Assembly (NCBI GenBank): GCA_963663225.1 | Contig: OY760142.1 | Span: 960,001 to 1,024,000 of the forward strand | DNA from: Nitrospirota bacterium | GTDB taxonomy: Bacteria > Nitrospirota > UBA9217 | Direction: 5' to 3' | DNA: 64,000 nt | Shown here: piece after piece, positions 38,296-49,115 of the stretch | Layout of the letters: every line of letters begins with the position of its first letter | How positions within the stretch are numbered: the first letter of the stretch is position 1 | Notes under the pieces: model-generated | Database searches by the model: none | Told to the model about the DNA's origin: nothing | The model's input: only the letters and a program-made list of their open reading frames with translations | Position numbers and translations under genes: made by a program

Positions 38296-39771
38296 TTAGC
38301 GCTTTCCTCCACCCAGGATCGATCCAAGCACTCCCCTGATAATTTGGCGTCCTATTTGACTTCCGATGGCATGTGCGGCACTCTTTGCCATGGCACCGAC
38401 AATCTTGGCGGCTTCTGATTGCGGTTCAGCAGCCTTTCCCCGCCGCGTCGGCGCGCCCGGCTCCTGACCCTGCTCTTCCTCGGCTTCCGCGGTGCGCTGT
38501 TTCAGTTTTTCGTAAGCAGACTCACGGTCAACCGCTTTTTCATAATGTCCGAACAAATCGGACGCTTTGATAATTTCCATCCGCTCTTCAGATGTCAGGG
38601 GAGCAAGCCGGCTTCGCGGCGGGCAGACAAATGCCCGTTCCACGACAGTGGGAGAACCTTTTGCGTCAAGCACGGAAATAAGCGCTTCGCCGACACCGAG
38701 TTCCGTGATAACTTTTGCCACGTCCAGATTCGGATTGGGGCGGAACGTGTCGGCTGCGGCCTTGACCGTTTTTTGGTCCTTTGGCGTAAAAGCGCGAAGA
38801 GCATGCTGGACCCGGTTTCCCAACTGGCCCAGAACCGTTTCGGGCACATCGAGCGGATTCTGCGTTATAAAATACACCCCTACGCCTTTGGAGCGAATAA
38901 GCCTCACCACCTGTTCTATTTTATCTTCCAGGGCTTTCGGTGCGTCATCGAACAGCAGATGGGCCTCATCAAAGAAGAACACGATCTTTGGTTTCTCAGG
39001 ATCACCGACTTCAGGAAGGGTCTCGAAAAGCTCCGCCAGCATCCAAAGAAGGAAGGTGGCATACAGTTTTGGCGACTGCAGAAGCTTTTCCGCAGCAAGA
39101 ATGTTGACCATCCCCCTGCCTACCGCATCGGTTTGCATGAGGTCCGCAAGATTCAGGGCGGGCTCTCCGAAAAACGCCTCACCGCCCTGCTCCTCAATTC
39201 CGAGCAGACCGCGCTGGATGGCCCCGATGCTCGCCGTAGAAATATTGCCATACTGGGTTTTGAATTTGTCCGCGTTGTCGCCCACAAATTGAGCCATGGC
39301 GCGAAGATCCTTAAGGTCCAAAAGGAGCATGCCGTTATCATCGGCGACTTTGAAAATAATGGAGAGCACACCGCTCTGAATTTCATTCAGTTTCAAAACA
39401 CGGGAAAGCAGAAGCGGTCCCATTTCTGAGATCGTAGTGCGGACCGGGTGCCCCTGCAGACCGAACAGATCCCAGAAGGCGGTCGGACAATTCTCAAAAG
39501 CAAATCCGTCGATCCCCAGCTGTTTTGCGCGTGAGGCAAAATCCGGTTTGTCGCCGCCGGCTTTTGCAATGCCGGTAAGGTCGCCTTTTACATCCGCTAG
39601 AAAAACCGGCACGCCGATCCTGCTGAACTGTTCCGCCATGACGCGAAGCGTCACGGTTTTGCCGGTGCCGGTGGCACCGGCAATCAGGCCATGTCGGTTG
39701 GCCATGCTCGGAAGAATTGCGATGTCCTCTTTTGCTTTTGCGATAAGAAGTGCTTCCGTTTTTTTTGCCAT
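38296..39771 (-). CDS. DUF853/YjgR HerA-like ATPase
   Basis: [43 protein letters not shown]. Confidence 0.92.
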   Translation of the reverse strand: MAKKTEALLIAKAKEDIAILPSMANRHGLIAGATGTGKTVTLRVMAEQFSRIGVPVFLADVKGDLTGIAKAGGDKPDFASRAKQLGIDGFAFENCPTAFWDLFGLQGHPVRTTISEMGPLLLSRVLKLNEIQSGVLSIIFKVADDNGMLLLDLKDLRAMAQFVGDNADKFKTQYGNISTASIGAIQRGLLGIEEQGGEAFFGEPALNLADLMQTDAVGRGMVNILAAEKLLQSPKLYATFLLWMLAELFETLPEVGDPEKPKIVFFFDEAHLLFDDAPKALEDKIEQVVRLIRSKGVGVYFITQNPLDVPETVLGQLGNRVQHALRAFTPKDQKTVKAAADTFRPNPNLDVAKVITELGVGEALISVLDAKGSPTVVERAFVCPPRSRLAPLTSEERMEIIKASDLFGHYEKAVDRESAYEKLKQRTAEAEEEQGQEPGAPTRRGKAAEPQSEAAKIVGAMAKSAAHAIGSQIGRQIIRGVLGSILGGGKR

Positions 39772-39949
39772 AGTGCCTCCGCGGAGAACCTGTCGTAAAA
39801 ATAGAGAAACAGCCTGCTTAGAAACGATGATCGAATTATTCCATAAACATTTTTCGAAAGCAAGCGCTTAATAATTTTGCAACCGAAGAACACCCCTCAA
39901 CACTTTCCAATTGCGGTTTCTTGTCTTTTTGTGTAAGATCAGCGTATCC

Positions 39950-40891
39950 ATGCCACGCTACATTCTGAATCGGATACTTCTTTTTATCCCCACGCTTATC
40001 GGCATAACGCTCATTACTTTTATCCTTATGCAGTCTCTGCCGGGCGATCCTGTCCAGGGTATGGCCGGTGAACGGGCAAATCCGGAAACGCTGGCGAGGA
40101 TCCGCGCGGAACTCGGCAGCGACAAACCGCTGGCCGCCCAATATCTGGGTTACCTGAAACTCATTGCCGTCGGTGAACTCGGACGTTCATACTATACCAA
40201 CCGCAAAATCAACGACGACCTAGTGCAAAAATTTCCGAACACGCTGAAGCTCGCTGCCGCGGCCATGCTGTTCGCTTCGGTGTTCGGGATCGGCATGGGC
40301 GTAATCGCAGCAGTCAAACAAGGCACTGTCTGGGACCGGCTGATACTGCTCGTTTCCGTGGGAGGGATTTCCATTCCGGTTTTTTGGCTCGGCCTCGCCC
40401 TGATGCTTATTTTCGCCTTCTATCTCCAGTGGCTTCCGCCGTCGGGCATGGGCAACGGCAGTTTTCTTCATATCATTCTCCCTGCCGCAACGCTCGGAAC
40501 ATTTTCGCTTTCTTATATTGCGCGCGTAACACGCTCCTCCATGCTGGAATCGCTTTCTCAGCCGTATGTAGCCGCAGCCCGCGCCAAGGGGCTTTCCGAA
40601 ACACAGGTGGTGCTCAAGCACGCGCTTAAAAATTCTCTCATCCCGATCGTAACCCTGATCGGCTTGGACCTCGGCTCATATCTGAACGGCGCGGTCCTGA
40701 CCGAAACTATTTTCGGGTGGGACGGGCTCGGCAGGTACGCGCTCGACGGCATTCTGAAGCGGGATTATCCGGTGATCATGGGCGTCGTTCTTTTTGGATC
40801 CCTGGTCTTTGTGACCATAAATCTGCTGGTAGATATTTCGTACCAGTTTCTGGATCCGCGGGTGCGCGAAAAGCAGGCACGAAATGCTTGA
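39950..40891 (+). CDS. Peptide ABC transporter permease (OppB/DppB-like)
   Basis: PGDP, YVAAARAKGL EAA loop, ETIFGWDGLG, DPRVR. Confidence 0.92.
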   Translation: MPRYILNRILLFIPTLIGITLITFILMQSLPGDPVQGMAGERANPETLARIRAELGSDKPLAAQYLGYLKLIAVGELGRSYYTNRKINDDLVQKFPNTLKLAAAAMLFASVFGIGMGVIAAVKQGTVWDRLILLVSVGGISIPVFWLGLALMLIFAFYLQWLPPSGMGNGSFLHIILPAATLGTFSLSYIARVTRSSMLESLSQPYVAAARAKGLSETQVVLKHALKNSLIPIVTLIGLDLGSYLNGAVLTETIFGWDGLGRYALDGILKRDYPVIMGVVLFGSLVFVTINLLVDISYQFLDPRVREKQARNA

Positions 40892-40935
40892 CGCACGTTC
40901 CGGGGGACAAAAGGCAAAATGAAGTTTTTTGCACA

Positions 40936-41784
40936 ATGAAAGCCATGCTCCATTCTTCTGCGCACAAAAAAGCTGCGGCAAACATTCCTGCGATTATTGC
41001 GGCTGTTTTGCTTGTTCTGCTTGTACTGACAGCGCTCGTCGGTCCCTCTTTGGTTTCCTTTGACCCGCTTGCCATGGATCTCAACAAGATCAAGCAGCCG
41101 CCGGATACAACGCACTATCTCGGGACGGACAGCAAGGGAAGAGATATCCTTTCCCGGATTGTTTCCGGCGCGCGCATTTCTTTGGCAGTAGGAATCGCCT
41201 CGTCTGCGCTGTCCTTGTGTATCGGCATTTTTTTCGGACTGATCGCGGGATACTTCGGCGGCAAGACGGACATCATCCTCTCTCAGATTTTCGATATTTT
41301 TCTTGCATTTCCCAGCCTTCTTCTTGCCATCGGCATCAGTGCCGTCATGACGCCGCCAGGCCTCACCTCTGCCATGCTTGCAATCACGCTTGTCGGCTGG
41401 GCCGGTTTCGCGCGGCTGGTGCGCGGCATCACGCTTACACTGAAGGAGCAGACCTACGTGGATGCATCAAAAGCGATGGGGGCCACACCGGCACGGATTC
41501 TGTATAAGCATATTCTGCCGAACGCGATTCCCTTGCTGCTCGTGGCAGGCAGTCTGCGTGTCGGTGGATTTATTCTGCTGGAAGCATCACTTTCATTCCT
41601 CGGCCTCGGCGTCCAGCCGCCCACGCCGACCTGGGGCTCTATGATCAGCCTGAACCGCGACTATATCAACTCCGCCCCCTGGATGGTGATTTTTCCCGGC
41701 ATCGCTATCTGTATCACAGTAATCAGCTTCAACATCATCGGCGATTTTCTGAGAGACAGACTTGATCCAAGGATGCGTATATAG
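40936..41784 (+). CDS. Peptide ABC transporter permease (OppC/DppC-like)
   Basis: LGTDSKGRDILSR, YVDASKAMGA, HILPN, LSFLGLG, LDPR; start approximate. Confidence 0.92.
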   Translation: MKAMLHSSAHKKAAANIPAIIAAVLLVLLVLTALVGPSLVSFDPLAMDLNKIKQPPDTTHYLGTDSKGRDILSRIVSGARISLAVGIASSALSLCIGIFFGLIAGYFGGKTDIILSQIFDIFLAFPSLLLAIGISAVMTPPGLTSAMLAITLVGWAGFARLVRGITLTLKEQTYVDASKAMGATPARILYKHILPNAIPLLLVAGSLRVGGFILLEASLSFLGLGVQPPTPTWGSMISLNRDYINSAPWMVIFPGIAICITVISFNIIGDFLRDRLDPRMRI

Positions 41785-41845
41785 AAATGCGGGAAACCGC
41801 ACTGCCCCTGTACAAAATTATCGTTAACAACCCGAGCACGCAAAT

Positions 41846-42664
41846 ATGAATGTCCGCGCAAAAAAATCTCTGGGCCAGAACTTTCTTAAGGATCCTTACT
41901 ATCATCACAAAATAGCAACCGCAGCACAGCTAGGTTCCGGGGATCTGGTTCTCGAAATCGGGCCGGGACTGGGCCATTTAACCGCTGTACTTGTGGAGAA
42001 GGCAAAAAAGGTTCTTGCAATTGAACTGGATGAAAGGCTCATACCTGTTTTGCGCCGGCAATTCTCCGGACAAAAACAGGTTGAAATAGTCCAGGCAGAC
42101 GCGCTTGAGTATCCGTATGCCGGTTTGACAGGACAATGGAAGGTCGTTGCCAATCTTCCCTATTACATATCAACACCTATTATCCAGAAACTCCTTGCCC
42201 ATCGCGAAAAATTTTTCAGTCTCACGCTTATGCTGCAAAAGGAAGTCGCCCGGCGAATTTCCGCATCGCCGGGAGGAAAGGATTACGGCTATCTTTCCGT
42301 TTTGGTCCAGTTATATGCTGAACCCAGAATAGAATTCAGCGTGCCGCCGGAAGCCTTTTCACCAAAACCAGAAGTGGATTCAGCGGTCATCACTCTTGTG
42401 ATCCGCAGCCGCCCGGCTGTTTCGCTTCGGGATGAGGCCTTTTTTATCCGGGTAGTCAAGGCAGCGTTTTCCCAGCGCAGAAAAACCCTTCGCAATGCCC
42501 TCAAGCAGCTTGATATTCCGCAAGAGAAGATGGAAACAAGTCTGGATAAAACAGGCGTTGACCTGGGCCGACGGGCTGAAACCCTGACCGTGGAGGAATT
42601 TGGAAGACTGGCGGACTTCCTCAGTGGAGCCCCTTCCGGCACGAGCCGGGGGCTCCTTCGATAA
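41846..42664 (+). CDS. rsmA: 16S rRNA m6,2A dimethyltransferase
   Basis: KKSLGQNFL, EIGPGLG, ANLPYYIST, FSQRRKTL. Confidence 0.97.
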   Translation: MNVRAKKSLGQNFLKDPYYHHKIATAAQLGSGDLVLEIGPGLGHLTAVLVEKAKKVLAIELDERLIPVLRRQFSGQKQVEIVQADALEYPYAGLTGQWKVVANLPYYISTPIIQKLLAHREKFFSLTLMLQKEVARRISASPGGKDYGYLSVLVQLYAEPRIEFSVPPEAFSPKPEVDSAVITLVIRSRPAVSLRDEAFFIRVVKAAFSQRRKTLRNALKQLDIPQEKMETSLDKTGVDLGRRAETLTVEEFGRLADFLSGAPSGTSRGLLR

Positions 42665-42820
42665 ACGCGACCTCCCGCGACTTACTGCATTCCTCCCCTG
42701 GCAGGCGCCAAGGGATTCCATGTCGCAGGGATTGATACCGTGTAGTTCGGGAAACGTTATTCCTGTTTCAAATACTGGGCGTTTTTGCGATTTCCGCGCG
42801 CTTAAAAAATGCTTTTGCCC

Positions 42821-42849
42821 TTGACACTCAATCTGGTTTTGTATATAGT
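42821..42849 (+). promoter_or_regulatory. Sigma-70 promoter of the tRNA pair
   Basis: TTGACA-17-TATAGT 20 nt upstream of tRNA-Gln. Confidence 0.75.
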
Positions 42850-42868
42850 GCTAAATCTGAATTCACCC

Positions 42869-42942
42869 TGGGGGATCGTCCAGTGGTAGGACGACAGGCT
42901 CTGAACCTGTTTACGGGGGTTCGAATCCTCCTCCCCCAACCA
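42869..42942 (+). tRNA. tRNA-Gln (anticodon CTG)
   Basis: Acceptor TGGGGGA/TCCCCCA, anticodon arm ACAGG-CTCTGAA-CCTGT, TTCGAAT T-loop, encoded CCA. Confidence 0.96.
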
Positions 42943-43004
42943 TACAACCACCAATTGTAAAATTTGCTCTTTTTACAATTTTCAGCCAAAATCTTTTCCA
43001 AGCT

Positions 43005-43080
43005 GGTCCCATCGTCTAGCGGCCTAGGACGCTGGCCTCTCACGCCGGAGACACGGGTTCGATTCCCGTTGGGACCACCA
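43005..43080 (+). tRNA. tRNA-Glu (anticodon CTC)
   Basis: Acceptor GGTCCCA/TGGGACC, anticodon arm CTGGC-CTCTCAC-GCCGG, TTCGATT T-loop, encoded CCA. Confidence 0.96.
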
Positions 43081-43194
43081 AGTTGCCAGGCCATCTCAGC
43101 ATTCTTCCATCAACGTTTTCTGCAAATTTTACTGAGACCAACCGCTAAGAACCTGCTGCAACTTCTCCTTATCTTATGCGGCCCGCAACATCAT

Positions 43195-44013
43195 TTATTT
43201 GAAAGACCGCTGCCTCACTGCCTCATAAAGAATGACGGCTGCTGCGGTGGCGACGTTCAGCGATTCAATAGTTTCCGCCATGGGGATGCGAACAAGCCAA
43301 TCCACGTTTTCCGTCATTTCCTGCGGCAACCCTCCCCCCTCCTGGCCCAGAATTACGAGTGTCGGTTTCGTCAGATCAACGCCAAAATGCGCTTTTTCGC
43401 CTGTTAATACCGTTGCAACTGTCTGAAAACCCCTCCGTCTGCATTCTTGCATAAAAGCATCTCCGCTGTGAATATGCACAATGGGCAGGCGGAGTGCGCT
43501 GCCCATTGAAGCCCGCAGAGATTTTGCGTTGAATGGGTCTACGGTCCTGGAAGTAAGAGCCACTCCTGCTGCTCCTGCCGCTTCCGCAGTCCTGATAATG
43601 GTGCCGAGGTTGCCGGGGTCCTGAAGCTGGTGCAGCATGACAATGAGCTTTGAAGCGTGGCCAAACAATTCCTCTTCCGCATGCTCTTTGATGTTTGCCA
43701 CGGCCAAAACAGGCTGAGGCGTTTTGCTTTCGGATATGGCATTCATCAGGCGTTCTGATATCCAGCAAATTTCCGCTGACTTCCCTTCTGCAAGCTTCAA
43801 AACACCTTTTCCATGATGCCGGACAAGATCAGGCGTCGCGACGACCAGGGCAATTCCGAGATCTTCCCGCAGCGCTTCTTCAACCATTTTGAAGCCTTCG
43901 ATTAAAAACGCGTGCTTTTGTTTCCGGACTTTCGGATCGGAGAGCGAGTGCAAATACTTGACAATGCTGTTTTCTTTGCTGGTGATGGGGTTGTGCGGAG
44001 TGGTTTGCTGCAT
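43195..44013 (-). CDS. TrmH/SpoU-family RNA 2'-O-methyltransferase
   Basis: QDPGNLGTIIRTA, ILGQEGGGL, IPM...ESLNVA; start at MQQTT. Confidence 0.92.
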   Translation of the reverse strand: MQQTTPHNPITSKENSIVKYLHSLSDPKVRKQKHAFLIEGFKMVEEALREDLGIALVVATPDLVRHHGKGVLKLAEGKSAEICWISERLMNAISESKTPQPVLAVANIKEHAEEELFGHASKLIVMLHQLQDPGNLGTIIRTAEAAGAAGVALTSRTVDPFNAKSLRASMGSALRLPIVHIHSGDAFMQECRRRGFQTVATVLTGEKAHFGVDLTKPTLVILGQEGGGLPQEMTENVDWLVRIPMAETIESLNVATAAAVILYEAVRQRSFK

Positions 44014-44100
44014 GGCCGGAAGTATATCATAATCATGTTTGTTCGCGAACAAAATATTTTTTGTCCGGCTCAGGAGGAAGAGAAAAAGCTGGAGAATAAT

Positions 44101-44133
44101 ATACTTGACAAAATTGGTCAAGTTTGTTATGGT
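44101..44133 (+). promoter_or_regulatory. iscR promoter with overlapping Rrf2/IscR-type operator
   Basis: Perfect ACTTGAC-N7-GTCAAGT (44103-44123) over -35 TTGACA; 17 nt to TATGGT; resembles the IscR type-1 site. Confidence 0.75.
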
Positions 44134-44183
44134 TATCTCAACAAAAGCGCACAAGAGATGAAAGGCAACTTCAGAGGAGACGC

Positions 44184-44651
44184 ATGAAGCTGTCTACAAA
44201 AGGAAAATACGGGGTCAGGGCAGTCGTAGAAATTGCCCGTCATTATGGTCAAGGTCCGATAACGATCAAGGAAATTGCGGAGCGGCAGGGCATTTCGTTC
44301 TCCTATCTTGAACAAATCCTGCACCGATTGGGAAAAGCCGGGCTTATTGAGAGCGTCCGCGGTCCATCGGGAGGGTACCTACTTGCGAAAAAACCTGCGG
44401 AACTGACCGTAGGAGACATTGTCCGGGTGCTGGAAGGCCCCATTGCATTATCGCATTGTCTTGAACCGGGAGAGTCAACCGAGTGCCACCAGACGGATGA
44501 CTGCGTCGCGAGGATGGTATGGGCAAAAGTCGGAGCAAAGCTGGAAGAAGCGCTCGACAGCATCAGCTTCGAAGATCTTCTGCACCGGCAACCGTCCGTT
44601 CCGATAAAGTCAAGAAAGAAGACGCCATCAGCAGGAAGGAGGGCTTGTTAA
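44184..44651 (+). CDS. iscR: Rrf2-family Fe-S regulator (IscR-like)
   Basis: MKLSTKGKY, SYLEQ, SVRGPSGGY, three Cys C-x8-C-x5-C; precedes desulfurase and scaffold. Confidence 0.85.
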   Translation: MKLSTKGKYGVRAVVEIARHYGQGPITIKEIAERQGISFSYLEQILHRLGKAGLIESVRGPSGGYLLAKKPAELTVGDIVRVLEGPIALSHCLEPGESTECHQTDDCVARMVWAKVGAKLEEALDSISFEDLLHRQPSVPIKSRKKTPSAGRRAC

Positions 44652-44653
44652 TT

Positions 44654-45835
44654 ATGAGAAAAGTGTATCTAGACCACGCAGCCACGACACCGGTGCATCC
44701 GAAAGTGCTGGAGGCCATGCTTCCGTTTTTTACCGTGAAGTTCGGCAACCCCTCGAACCTGCATGATGTAGGACGGGACGCCAAGAATGCGGTAGAAGAG
44801 GCCAGAGTTGCAACTGCCGGGCTTATCGGCGCGAAACCGGAAGAGATCTTTTTTACGTCGAGCGGTGCGGAATCCAATAATTTCGCCATAAAAGGATTGG
44901 TGCAGGCCAATAACCAGAAGGGCAACCATATCATTGTTTCGCAAATTGAGCACTTTTCCGTCCTCCATCCTGTGAAAACGCTTGAAAAGGCCGGGTTTAA
45001 AGTCACCTATATCGACACCGACAAAACAGGTCTGGTAAATCCGGACGACATCGCGAAGGCCATCACGAAAGAAACCATTCTCGTTTCGATTATGCACGCA
45101 AACAACGAAATCGGGACCATTGAACCCATTGAAGAAATATCTAAAATCACGAAAGAAAAGGGCGTGCTGCTGCATACGGATGCGGTTGCGTCCGTTGGTT
45201 GGGTCCCCGTAAACGTACAAGAGCTGGGCGTGGACGCTCTTTCACTTTCCGGCCACCAGTTCTACGGACCGAAAGGAGCCGCAGCGTTGTATGTCCGGAA
45301 AGGCGTACGCATTAAACCGCAATTGGAGGGCGGCATCCAGGAAGATGGACGACGTGCAGGAACGGAGAACGTTCCCGGCATTGTCGGTCTGGGCAAAGCT
45401 GCCGAACTTGCTGCAGCGGACATTCCCCGCAGGATGACATATGTTTCTGCCCTCAGAGACAGGCTTCAAAAAGGTCTTGTGGCAAAAATAGACCACATCG
45501 TAATCAACGGCCATCCGGTAAAGAGGCTGCCGCACAATCTGAACCTGTCCATGTGGTATGTGGAGGGAGAGTCCATGCTCCTGTTTCTGAATATGCAGGG
45601 AATCTCGGTCTCCAGCGGATCAGCCTGCACTTCGCGCGCCCTCAAATCGTCTCACGTTTTAGTGTGCATCGGCACCGACGCAGCAGTGGCCAATGGAACG
45701 CTGCTTTTGTCGCTGGGGACGGGAAATACCGAAGAAGATATTGACTATGTCATAGAAACGCTGCCTCCCATTGTCCAGCGGTTGCGGGAGATGTCGCCTC
45801 TCTATGAAGACATGCTAAAAAAAGAAAAAGCTTAA
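44654..45835 (+). CDS. iscS: Cysteine desulfurase (IscS/NifS-type)
   Basis: YLDHAATTP, GNPS, NNEIG, SSGSACTS; the usual PLP Lys motif reads SGHQFYGPKG. Confidence 0.92.
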   Translation: MRKVYLDHAATTPVHPKVLEAMLPFFTVKFGNPSNLHDVGRDAKNAVEEARVATAGLIGAKPEEIFFTSSGAESNNFAIKGLVQANNQKGNHIIVSQIEHFSVLHPVKTLEKAGFKVTYIDTDKTGLVNPDDIAKAITKETILVSIMHANNEIGTIEPIEEISKITKEKGVLLHTDAVASVGWVPVNVQELGVDALSLSGHQFYGPKGAAALYVRKGVRIKPQLEGGIQEDGRRAGTENVPGIVGLGKAAELAAADIPRRMTYVSALRDRLQKGLVAKIDHIVINGHPVKRLPHNLNLSMWYVEGESMLLFLNMQGISVSSGSACTSRALKSSHVLVCIGTDAAVANGTLLLSLGTGNTEEDIDYVIETLPPIVQRLREMSPLYEDMLKKEKA

Positions 45836-45852
45836 CAGAGGAGGAAGCATTA

Positions 45853-46281
45853 ATGGAACAGTACAGCACAAAAGTAATGGACCATTTCGCTCAGCCGCAT
45901 AATGTTGGCGAAATCCCGGACGCGGACGGCGTCGGCACCGTGGGCAATCCCGTGTGCGGAGATGTTATGCGTCTTTACATCAAAGTGGAAAACGATATCA
46001 TTACGGAGGCGAAATTCAAGACCTTCGGATGCGGTGCGGCCATCGCCACAAGCAGCATGGTAACAGACATGGTGAAGGGCAAATCCATCAGTGAAGCGCT
46101 TAAAATTTCCAACGCCGCGGTTGCCGAAGCGCTCGGCGGCCTTCCAAAAGTGAAGATGCATTGCTCGGTGCTCGCGGAGGAAGCGTTGAAATCGGCGCTT
46201 GACGATTACTACAAGAAAAAAGGCATCCCTTCTCCGGTGCAGATGCCGGCCAATGCAGAGCATGAACACGAAATGGAGTAA
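45853..46281 (+). CDS. iscU: Fe-S scaffold IscU/NifU N-domain type
   Basis: GNPVCGD, FKTFGCGAAIA, KMHCS. Confidence 0.94.
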   Translation: MEQYSTKVMDHFAQPHNVGEIPDADGVGTVGNPVCGDVMRLYIKVENDIITEAKFKTFGCGAAIATSSMVTDMVKGKSISEALKISNAAVAEALGGLPKVKMHCSVLAEEALKSALDDYYKKKGIPSPVQMPANAEHEHEME

Positions 46282-46324
46282 TTGTTCACCGGAGAACATG
46301 CAAAAATATTGCATGTTGTAGAAA

Positions 46325-46567
46325 ATGGACGTTCAGAAAATCAAACCGGACGAGATACTGGACTGCGTTGGCTTGGCATGCCCCATGCCTATCCTGAAAA
46401 CAACGATCAAGATCAAGGATATGCAGCCCGGCCAGATACTTGAGGTGCAGGCCGACGACGACGGCATTGAAAAAGATATGCCGGCCTGGTGCGAAAAAAC
46501 CGGGCACGAGTATCTCGGTTTTAAAAAAGAAAACGATGAGTATCGCGTATACGTGCGCAAGCGTTAA
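46325..46567 (+). CDS. tusA: TusA-family sulfur carrier
   Basis: LDCVGLACPMP, 80 aa, follows iscS-iscU. Confidence 0.88.
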   Translation: MDVQKIKPDEILDCVGLACPMPILKTTIKIKDMQPGQILEVQADDDGIEKDMPAWCEKTGHEYLGFKKENDEYRVYVRKR

Positions 46568-46718
46568 CCATTGTTGATCACGCCGCCTTCTACTGCGGAG
46601 TACAGACAAGGGCCGGGTTTTCATTTTCTAATCAGAAGCCTGCGTCTACCGGTTCGGCTCCCGGCAGGATTCGATCTGAAAAATGCGGCGGCAAGGTTAA
46701 TCGACGAATGCGGTTTTT

Positions 46719-47777
46719 ATGGACGGCTACTACCAAATCTTCCTTACCACCATTATTATCGTTGCCATTGCTGCGGTTCTTCTTGCGCTTAAGAAGGTTT
46801 TTTTCAGCATTCTGCGTCATGTGATTCGGGATTCCGCGCTGCATGTCGTGGATTTTTTTGAAAAAGGTTTGCAGGTCCCCTTGACCCTGCTTATTCTTCT
46901 CCTTGCGATTTATATCGCGCTTCGTCTCGCCGACCTTCCAGCTGCATATGTTCCTTCCATCGTTGCCGGAATGTACCTGTCGCTCATCGTGACCGTCACG
47001 ATGGGCCTCGCAAACGTAAGCGGCAGGACGCTTGATTTCTTTCTAAAAAAATCCGGCCTTCCCATCTCCGTTACCGGGCTGCTTCTCGGCGTAACGAAAG
47101 CCACGATCTATGCAATCGGTTTTCTCATCGCGCTGAACTATCTCGGGTTTTCCATCACGCCGATTATTACTGCTCTTGGCGTCGGCGGCCTTGCCATGGC
47201 CCTGGCGCTTCAGGACACCCTTTCGAACCTGTTTGCGGGCATGCATATACTTGCGGAGCAAACAGTGCGGGTCGGTGATTTTATCCGGTTGGAAACCGGC
47301 CAGGAAGGCCATATTGTCGACATAGGCTGGCGTACTACAAAAATCCGCACACCGACAAGCAATATGGTCGTTGTTCCGAACAGCAAATTGTCCCAAAGTG
47401 TAGTAACGAACTACTACCTTCCGGAACGGACGATCACTATTCAGATGCCGGTCAGTGTGCATACGGACACAGCCCCGGCGTTTGCAGAGCGCATTCTCCT
47501 GGATGAAATACAGAAAGCTGTGCTCGATATTCCGGGGATCGTGCAGGAATCCGCACCGACCGTGTTCTTTACTCCCGGGTTCGGAGCCTCCTCCCTTGAT
47601 TTTACGATCAGCTGCCAGGTGCAGGATATTCTTTACCAGCAGCCGGTCCTGCACGAACTGCGCAAGCGTATATACTCCCGATTTAAGCAAGAAAGCATTG
47701 AAATGCCTTTTCCAACCCAGACAGTCTGCTTAAAAAATCTGCCCGTAAAAAGCCGAAAAAAACGTCTCCCAAAATAG
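46719..47777 (+). CDS. Small-conductance mechanosensitive channel (MscS family)
   Basis: GVGGLAMALALQDTLSNLFAG, VGDFI, IGWRTT, PNS, PFP. Confidence 0.93.
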   Translation: MDGYYQIFLTTIIIVAIAAVLLALKKVFFSILRHVIRDSALHVVDFFEKGLQVPLTLLILLLAIYIALRLADLPAAYVPSIVAGMYLSLIVTVTMGLANVSGRTLDFFLKKSGLPISVTGLLLGVTKATIYAIGFLIALNYLGFSITPIITALGVGGLAMALALQDTLSNLFAGMHILAEQTVRVGDFIRLETGQEGHIVDIGWRTTKIRTPTSNMVVVPNSKLSQSVVTNYYLPERTITIQMPVSVHTDTAPAFAERILLDEIQKAVLDIPGIVQESAPTVFFTPGFGASSLDFTISCQVQDILYQQPVLHELRKRIYSRFKQESIEMPFPTQTVCLKNLPVKSRKKRLPK

Positions 47778-47793
47778 AGAAGCGCTTTTTCTG

Positions 47794-48861
47794 TTATTTG
47801 GCCATCCCCAGAATTGTTCTCAATGTGTCAGCCAGAATCGCGCATTCTTCATCGGTACCGATCGTAATGCGCAGGTAGTTTTCAATACGCGGCAGAGGAA
47901 AATGACGCACAAGAATCGAATGCTCCCTTAATTTTTTGAGTAATTCGGCAGCACTTCGTTCAGCATGGCCGGCAAAAACAAAATTTGCAGCTGACGGTAT
48001 GACATGAAAACCGAGCGACGAAAGATTTTTTGACAGAGACTCTCTGGTCCTGATAATTTTTTTCCGGGTTTCTTCGAAATAATCACGATCTTCGACGGCA
48101 GCAACCGCGCCAGCAATCGCAAAGCGGTCAAGAGGATAGGAATTAAAGCTGTTTTTCACACGCTCCAATGCTTCAATCAGTGCGGAATGTCCGACCGCAA
48201 AGCCCACACGCAATCCGGCAAGAGACCGGGACTTGGAGAAAGTCTGAATTACCAGCAGATTGGGATGCCGGTCGATCAGTGCGACTGCGGACTCGCCACC
48301 GAAGTCTATATACGCTTCGTCGACGACCACAACGGATTCGGTGTTTCTTTGCAGCAGTTCATCAAGGGAGGCCAACGGCAACAACCTGCCGGTAGGAGCA
48401 TTCGGGTTGGGGAAGATGATGCCTCCATTGGCCCCTGAATAATCCTTGCCACACAGCTCAAAAGCATCACGCAAAGGCACTGTTTCGTAAGACACCCCGA
48501 ATAGTCTGCAAAAAACCGGGTAAAAACTATAGGTAATATCCGGGAAAAGAACCGGCCGCGGCTGTTTGAGCAAAGCCATGAACGTGAACGCCAGAACCTC
48601 ATCAGAGCCGTTGCCGACAAAAACCTGGTCAGATGTTACAGAATAATAATCGGCTACCGCCGCCTTAAGACGGTCTGCATTGGGATCAGGATACAGCCGC
48701 AGCGTGTTTCCCGCTTCCTGTCTGAGTGCTTCAAGAACGCGGGGCGAAGGGCCGTAAGGGTTTTCATTCGTGTTGAGTTTGATCAGCTTGGGAATCTTTG
48801 GCTGCTCTCCGGGTGTATAAGGCGTAAGACCGTGTACCACTGAACTCCAGTATTTACTCAT
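47794..48861 (-). CDS. hisC: Histidinol-phosphate aminotransferase
   Basis: [39 protein letters not shown]. Confidence 0.95.
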   Translation of the reverse strand: MSKYWSSVVHGLTPYTPGEQPKIPKLIKLNTNENPYGPSPRVLEALRQEAGNTLRLYPDPNADRLKAAVADYYSVTSDQVFVGNGSDEVLAFTFMALLKQPRPVLFPDITYSFYPVFCRLFGVSYETVPLRDAFELCGKDYSGANGGIIFPNPNAPTGRLLPLASLDELLQRNTESVVVVDEAYIDFGGESAVALIDRHPNLLVIQTFSKSRSLAGLRVGFAVGHSALIEALERVKNSFNSYPLDRFAIAGAVAAVEDRDYFEETRKKIIRTRESLSKNLSSLGFHVIPSAANFVFAGHAERSAAELLKKLREHSILVRHFPLPRIENYLRITIGTDEECAILADTLRTILGMAK

Positions 48862-49115
48862 GCTAAAATCCTCGTCTCAGTTTTCTCAAAAGTGAAGGGA
48901 ATCTGATCCATTATAGTTTTTTTTGCACAAGATGCAAGCCGATGGCACTAATTTGACTATTTTCGCTCCGGCAGTATGTTGTAACACGAACGACGGCGTT
49001 GCCGTCGAGAAAAACCATTCTGAAACAACGTCCGCATCCATACTATGAGTTCCTTTCCGTTTGACAATGCCCGGGGGATAGTTTAATATCACGTTATTAA
49101 AGCAAAAGGAGCCGC

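Noticed and set aside
42828-43407. ORFs spanning the tRNA region
   Set aside because: They overlap two clear tRNAs and the trmH-like 3' end
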